11,465 bases of DNA from assembly GCA_018260615.1 (NCBI GenBank), contig JAGWDQ010000032.1, forward strand, positions 1 through 11,465, given 5' to 3'. Each line of letters starts with the position of its first letter. Position 1 is the first letter of the stretch. Both the position numbers and the translations under genes were made by a program. Shown here in pieces: positions 6,822-11,465 of this stretch. Under the pieces are notes generated by a model. It made no database searches. It saw only the letters and a program-made list of their open reading frames with translations, and was not told the origin of the DNA. Source of the stretch: Candidatus Altarchaeum sp. Lineage in GTDB: Archaea > Altiarchaeota > Altiarchaeia > Altiarchaeales > Altiarchaeaceae.

Positions 6822-7514
6822 ATGGAACCTAATAAAATTGTTGAGGAAATTGTTAACAGAAATAACAATTATGTAAAAAAACACAATGAGCATTATTTTG
6901 CCCAGCATATTGCCTCCCAGCATCCGGTTATAACACTTGTTTCGTGTTCGGATTCACGAGTTCAGCCAAATGTGCTGATAGAAAATCCCATAGATAATAT
7001 GTTTGAAATTGAAAATATAGGCAATCAGATTTCAACATGTGAGGGGTCTGTCAGTTATGGTGTGCTTTATCTTAAAACACCAGTACTTCTTATATTGGGA
7101 CATTCGGATTGCGGTGCCTTAAAGACATTTATGAAGGGCTATGAAAACATAGAGGACTCAGTTAAAAAAGAAATAGATAATTTAAAACCGGTCGGACTTT
7201 CCAAAGAATATACTGCTGAAAATTTTGAAGAAATTTTACTCCTAAATGCACAGAAAAATATTGATTACCAGGTAAATTTTGCAGTTAAAACATTTAAAGA
7301 CATAATTCAGAACGAGAAACTTACAGTTATAGGGGCATATTATGATTTCAAAAACGAATTTGGCAAAGGACACGGCAGGATGGTGATAGTTAATGTGAAT
7401 GGCGAAACAAACAAAAACAAAATTAAAGGTCTGCCTGTTTTTGAACACATAAGCACGGAATTTAAAGATGTTGTAATAGACAGATATTCAACAAAAAAAA
7501 TAAAATTTAAATAA
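6822..7514 (+). CDS. Beta-class carbonic anhydrase
   Basis: Zn ligands in CSDSR and HSDCG, plus ENIGNQ and GAYYD segments typical of beta-CAs. Confidence 0.92.
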   Translation: MEPNKIVEEIVNRNNNYVKKHNEHYFAQHIASQHPVITLVSCSDSRVQPNVLIENPIDNMFEIENIGNQISTCEGSVSYGVLYLKTPVLLILGHSDCGALKTFMKGYENIEDSVKKEIDNLKPVGLSKEYTAENFEEILLLNAQKNIDYQVNFAVKTFKDIIQNEKLTVIGAYYDFKNEFGKGHGRMVIVNVNGETNKNKIKGLPVFEHISTEFKDVVIDRYSTKKIKFK

Positions 7515-7533
7515 AATTTAAATAAAATTTAGA

Positions 7534-8064
7534 ATGGAAATTATCCAATACCTTTCAATTTATCTGACCTCAGCACAAATTTATGGTTTGTTTTTCTTGC
7601 TCGGAACATTTACTGTTGCTGCATTGAGTGATATTAAACGGCTTTCCGCCCAGAGGGAATTCTTTGAGGTATGGCTCGGGTTTATACTGGTAATGTTTGT
7701 ATATGATGTATTTGTGTACTTTCAAAGCAATCCGGATGTATCTGTAAATACATACCTGCTGATATTAAAATGGGTTTTGATTGCAGTATTTGCTGTTCTT
7801 TCATACAGGAAAGCAGGTAAATTATTTTCACTTGCGAGAGCAGATGTTGCCGCTGTTTCTGCGACTGCCGCCTTGCTGAATCCTTTTTACATTGTGGTTT
7901 ATTATATTATTTTGTGGCTGACGGATAAAATTGTTGCCCCTGTACTTTTCAGGATATGCGGATGGAAAAATGCTTATCCGTTTTTGCCGGTTGTGCTTGC
8001 CGCAACGATAATTGTTCTTTTAATAGGGATGTCGGGGATATTTGAGACATTTAAATTTTTATAA
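7534..8064 (+). CDS. Polytopic membrane protein, probable A24 (prepilin/prearchaellin peptidase-like) family
   Basis: Several hydrophobic helices. Asp after the first TM (SDIK), second Asp in LARAD (position of GxGD), and C-terminal YPFLP resembling the PFxP motif. Confidence 0.55.
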   Translation: MEIIQYLSIYLTSAQIYGLFFLLGTFTVAALSDIKRLSAQREFFEVWLGFILVMFVYDVFVYFQSNPDVSVNTYLLILKWVLIAVFAVLSYRKAGKLFSLARADVAAVSATAALLNPFYIVVYYIILWLTDKIVAPVLFRICGWKNAYPFLPVVLAATIIVLLIGMSGIFETFKFL

Positions 8065-8133
8065 AATTGTTAATTGTTTCCAAAAATTTAACTATTATGC
8101 CATCTGAAACTGAACATTAAATAAATTTGAGAA

Positions 8134-9162
8134 ATGAAAACTGAAAATGTTTTGTGCCCAAAATGCGGAAAAGGAAATGTGATTAAAAAAGGAAGACGAA
8201 AGACAAAATTTGGATTCAGGCAGTTTTATTATTGTAAGGACTGTGAGAGTGGCTTTACTGACAGCAAACTTCCAAACAAGACATACGGGCCGGGGGTTAT
8301 TGTGAATGCAATAAATTTTTACAATCTTGGAAATACATTAGAGGAGTCCGCAAAACACATCAACAGGAGATTCAAAGTCAAAGTATCTAAGAGTTCGGTG
8401 CATTCATGGTTGAATGAATTTATGGATATATGCACATATCACATTATCAGAGATGAAGTTCTCACAACATACAGCAAAGATGTTTTAGTCAGTAAGACAT
8501 ACGAACACAACGGCCTAAACTACAACTTTAAATATCACAGGGGAAAAACAGATATATTGTGCAAGTATCCTTCTCTTGCAGAGTATGTAAAAGGTCTTGA
8601 GCGCGGATGTCCGGAATTCTTTGAAAATGATAATAGATGCTCCCAACGTAAGATTACTATCTCTTTCAAAAAATCAGACAGGTATAATCTTGCATGTATG
8701 CTGGCTGGTTTTGCACTTAAATCAGCAAGAAGCAACAAAGAAAGACATTCTGTGGTTGAGACATTCATGCTCATAAACGATTCATCTACTATTGCATGCG
8801 AGGTTCCCGTGTGGTTTTGGGAGAAAAATTTGGATGTTGGAATATGCGGACACATTGATATTCTGCAGATCAGAAACGGTAAGATATATATTTTGGATTT
8901 TAAGCCGGATGCTATCAGGGAGAACGAAAACAAAGTTGCATCTCAGTTATACCTGTATGCGTCCGGGTTGTCATTCAGGACAGGAATCCCTTTAATTAAC
9001 TTTAGATGTGCATGGTTTGACGAATATAATTACTTTGAATTCAGCCCGATTGATGCAAAAGTCAGTTATTCGTTAGAAAAAGCAGCAAAAAGCAGCGAAT
9101 CCTGTGTCCAGACCAGGCAACGGATTCCGGAAGAAAATCAGGGATTGACTGGAAAGGTCTAA
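8134..9162 (+). CDS. Zn-ribbon + HTH + PD-(D/E)XK (RecB-like) nuclease fusion protein
   Basis: N-terminal CPKC...KKG...QFYYCKDC (IS1 InsA-like ribbon), an HTH-like TLEESAKHIN...VSKSSVHSW, and a C-terminal CEVPV...GHIDIL...ILDFKP...QLYLY nuclease core. Confidence 0.8.
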   Translation: MKTENVLCPKCGKGNVIKKGRRKTKFGFRQFYYCKDCESGFTDSKLPNKTYGPGVIVNAINFYNLGNTLEESAKHINRRFKVKVSKSSVHSWLNEFMDICTYHIIRDEVLTTYSKDVLVSKTYEHNGLNYNFKYHRGKTDILCKYPSLAEYVKGLERGCPEFFENDNRCSQRKITISFKKSDRYNLACMLAGFALKSARSNKERHSVVETFMLINDSSTIACEVPVWFWEKNLDVGICGHIDILQIRNGKIYILDFKPDAIRENENKVASQLYLYASGLSFRTGIPLINFRCAWFDEYNYFEFSPIDAKVSYSLEKAAKSSESCVQTRQRIPEENQGLTGKV

Positions 9163-9444
9163 AGCAAAAACAGGCAACGAATGATGGAAAAATATATTAT
9201 GGCATTTATGAATGCGAATAAACGAGGGACAAAAAATAAATCGGGCAACGAATTTTGGAAGGGTCTTGGCTTTGCGGGGTTTTGTTGTTCCGTTGTTGTG
9301 TTTTATTCCATTTATTTTGAAATTGGAATCGTCATTCAAAAAGTTTAGAAAATATCGAGGAAAAACTTAAAAGAGAAAGTTTATAAAAAGTTTCATCAAA
9401 AGTAATTTATTATTTATTTAAAACGAAGTTTAATTTATAATAAT

Positions 9445-10752
9445 TTGCTAATTTATAATACTTTAAAATTTTGTAAAATGACCAAGGAAAATTTTGCCAG
9501 TGAAAAGCGAACGGGAAATGAAAGCGGGGGAAAAAAACTTTTTTGGAAAAAGTTTTATCAAAAACCAATCTATTTGGGAATAATTGCAGTATTTTTGATT
9601 TTTTTGATTGTAGGAAATGTTAATGCTGCTGTATGCACTTGTAGTGATTGTATAACCTGTAACAATGCTTTAAACAACACTAACTGTGATACAGTGAATC
9701 TGATTGCAGAGATAAACAACCACGTAGGAACATGCATCAATGATCCGACAAATTTCAACAATAAAATTTTTGACTGTCAAGAACATGGTATTGATGGCGA
9801 TGATTCAGGAAATTGGAGTAATCCAACTTACGGAATTTATTTAAACGGAAAAACTGACAACACAATTAAAAATTGTATAGTTACAGATTTTGATTATGGA
9901 ATTTTTTTTATGTCCTCCTCAAATAACACCCTAACCAACAACACAGCGAATGATAATGGTGAGGAGGGAATTGATTTATATTCTTCCTCACACAACACCC
10001 TAACAAACAACACAGCGAATAATAATGTTGCGAAAGGAATTATTTTATCTGCTTCAAACTACAATATTCTAACAAACAACACAGCGAATTCAAATAGTTA
10101 TTATGGGATTGGAATTTATTTATCTACCTCCAACAACAACACCCTAACCAACAACACAGCGAATAATAATACTGATTATGGAATTTATTTATCTTCTTCC
10201 TCAAACAACACCCTAACCAACAACACAGCAGATTATAATGATGTAGGAATTTATTTACCTTGGTCCGACAACAACAACTTAACCTCCAACACAGCGAATA
10301 ATAATTCCTGGGCGGGAATTTATTTAGTTTCTTTCTCAAACTACAACACCCTAACTTCCAACACAGTAAATAATAATAAGTATGGGATTCATATACATTC
10401 TTCCTCAACCAACACCCTAAACACAAACGAAGTATGTAGCAACACAGATACAGATATATATGTATCATCATCAACAGGAAACACTGGCGACAACAACACC
10501 TGCAACACAACTTATAACTACAACGACATAGGAACAACAACAGGATGCACTTATTCCTGCTCATCTGTACTTGTTGAAAAAGCAACCGACATCTTTGATG
10601 CTGTTGAAATGCTTGAATACTTAAGCGGACAGAAAAACTTCAATCAGTTGAGCCATTATAATATAACAGGATATTATAAATTTACTGGAAGCGGAGATAT
10701 AAATTTACCTGATGTATTCGCTTTAATTGCTCAAATTGTTACCGGAGGATAA
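9445..10752 (+). CDS. Secreted/surface right-handed parallel beta-helix (NosD/PbH1-type) repeat protein with dockerin-like C-terminus; likely start ATG 9478
   Basis: Basic N-terminus then a hydrophobic helix ending VNA-A (signal peptide-like), a Cys-rich cap, about 8 repeats of GIxLxxSxxNTLTNNTANxN, and C-terminal DIFDAVEMLEYL...GDINLPDVFALI. Confidence 0.85.
   Translation: MLIYNTLKFCKMTKENFASEKRTGNESGGKKLFWKKFYQKPIYLGIIAVFLIFLIVGNVNAAVCTCSDCITCNNALNNTNCDTVNLIAEINNHVGTCINDPTNFNNKIFDCQEHGIDGDDSGNWSNPTYGIYLNGKTDNTIKNCIVTDFDYGIFFMSSSNNTLTNNTANDNGEEGIDLYSSSHNTLTNNTANNNVAKGIILSASNYNILTNNTANSNSYYGIGIYLSTSNNNTLTNNTANNNTDYGIYLSSSSNNTLTNNTADYNDVGIYLPWSDNNNLTSNTANNNSWAGIYLVSFSNYNTLTSNTVNNNKYGIHIHSSSTNTLNTNEVCSNTDTDIYVSSSTGNTGDNNTCNTTYNYNDIGTTTGCTYSCSSVLVEKATDIFDAVEMLEYLSGQKNFNQLSHYNITGYYKFTGSGDINLPDVFALIAQIVTGG
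9922..10440 (+). repeat. Intragenic tandem repeats, about 66-75 nt period, about 8 copies
   Basis: Recurring core AACACCCTAAC(C/A)AACAACACAGCGAAT at roughly 9925, 9991, 10060, 10135, 10204, 10270, 10342 and 10411, all in frame. Confidence 0.9.
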
Positions 10753-10813
10753 AGGAAGGATATTGAAGGATAAATTTATAATTTTAATTGCAAAGTAAAT
10801 AATAATAAAGAAA

Positions 10814-11044
10814 ATGAAACTAATTCAAACAGTAGAAGAAATCAGGAAAAAGTTTAAGAACGAATGGGTATTAATGGATGTTGTTGAAAAAGGTGAGTTG
10901 GGGCAGGTAAAATGTGGATGTGTAATTGCACATAGCAAAAATAGAGATGAGACATACTCCGCTTTGAAAAAGACGATGGGAAAGCATACATTTCATTTCT
11001 ATACCGGAGAAATTCCAAGGGAAGGATATGCCACTGCTTTTTAA
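10814..11044 (+). CDS. Small hypothetical protein (DUF5678-like)
   Basis: 76 aa with pattern KNEWVLM...VIAHSKNRDE...FYTG, resembling small proteins encoded upstream of retropepsin genes. The family name is from recall only. Confidence 0.6.
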   Translation: MKLIQTVEEIRKKFKNEWVLMDVVEKGELGQVKCGCVIAHSKNRDETYSALKKTMGKHTFHFYTGEIPREGYATAF

Positions 11045-11054
11045 TTAATTTAGA

Positions 11055-11435
11055 ATGTACCAATTAAAGAAAAATATAAATGTAATTACATTGGAAGCAG
11101 AAATAAGTGGCAGATTGGGAATTAGGACAATAAAGATGGCCTTGGATACGGGTGCAACTTATGTCATGATTCCATGGGAATATGCCGAGATACTTGGTTA
11201 TGAACCAAATCTTTCAACAAAAAAAATATCTATAATTACGGCGAGCGGTATTGAAAGAGCGCCTCTTATAACTTTAAATTCAATAACCGTGCTCGGCAAA
11301 AAAGCGGAAAATGTCTCCGCTGTCATTCATGATTTGCCACAGGAAAGCTATGTAAATGGACTTTTGGGCTTGAGTTATCTTAAAAATTTTGATACGTGTC
11401 TGTACTTTAAACACCGATTTTCGCAGGGTTTTTAA
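11055..11435 (+). CDS. Retropepsin-like (clan AA) aspartic protease
   Basis: Catalytic ALDTGATY, flap region ITASG, and GLLGLSYLKNF. Single-domain size of 126 aa. Confidence 0.88.
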   Translation: MYQLKKNINVITLEAEISGRLGIRTIKMALDTGATYVMIPWEYAEILGYEPNLSTKKISIITASGIERAPLITLNSITVLGKKAENVSAVIHDLPQESYVNGLLGLSYLKNFDTCLYFKHRFSQGF

Positions 11436-11465
11436 GTCCAATAATTTCACCCTAATTAAGATATC

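Noticed and set aside
9181-9240. Box C-like ATGATG
   Set aside because: No downstream CTGA box D at a suitable distance.
8065-9340. Complete IS element with terminal inverted repeats, or cas4/CRISPR locus
   Set aside because: Only a 7-bp inverted match (ATGCCAT at about 8097, ATGGCAT at about 9199), no target duplication, no DDE motif, no Cas4 cysteine cluster and no CRISPR-length repeats.
9922-10440. CRISPR-like periodic repeats
   Set aside because: The repeats are degenerate, in frame, and encode beta-helix coils within an ORF.
10124-10585. 153-aa Cys-rich minus-strand ORF (also 7242-7448, 8535-8933, 8792-8995, 9073-9339, 9570-9761, 10854-11063)
   Set aside because: The Cys/Leu richness is the antisense read of AAC/ACA codons. 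The others overlap better-supported genes and show no motifs.

Overview
AT-rich archaeal chromosomal window; gene content and style suggest Ca. Altiarchaeum/Altiarchaeota, but that assignment is an inference. Minus strand: a calcineurin-like metallophosphoesterase and S-adenosylhomocysteine hydrolase (ahcY). Plus strand: acidic stalk protein rpl12 (P1/P2 type), a class I/II PLP aminotransferase, an ABC/AAA_21-type ATPase with a frameshifted TOPRIM-like partner (probable defence module), a PAP2 phosphatase, a beta-carbonic anhydrase, an A24-like membrane peptidase, a Zn-ribbon/HTH/RecB-type nuclease fusion, a secreted parallel beta-helix repeat protein with a dockerin-like tail, and a small-protein/retropepsin pair. 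The most notable unannotated element is the ahcY-rpl12 intergenic region (2225-2807). It contains four GC-richer hairpins, each with a K-loop or K-turn and each followed by ACA. I read these as two divergently transcribed double-hairpin box H/ACA pseudouridylation guide RNAs. Two of the pockets resemble complements of 16S helix 35 and the 23S A-loop. All structures were folded by eye and no database searches were run.
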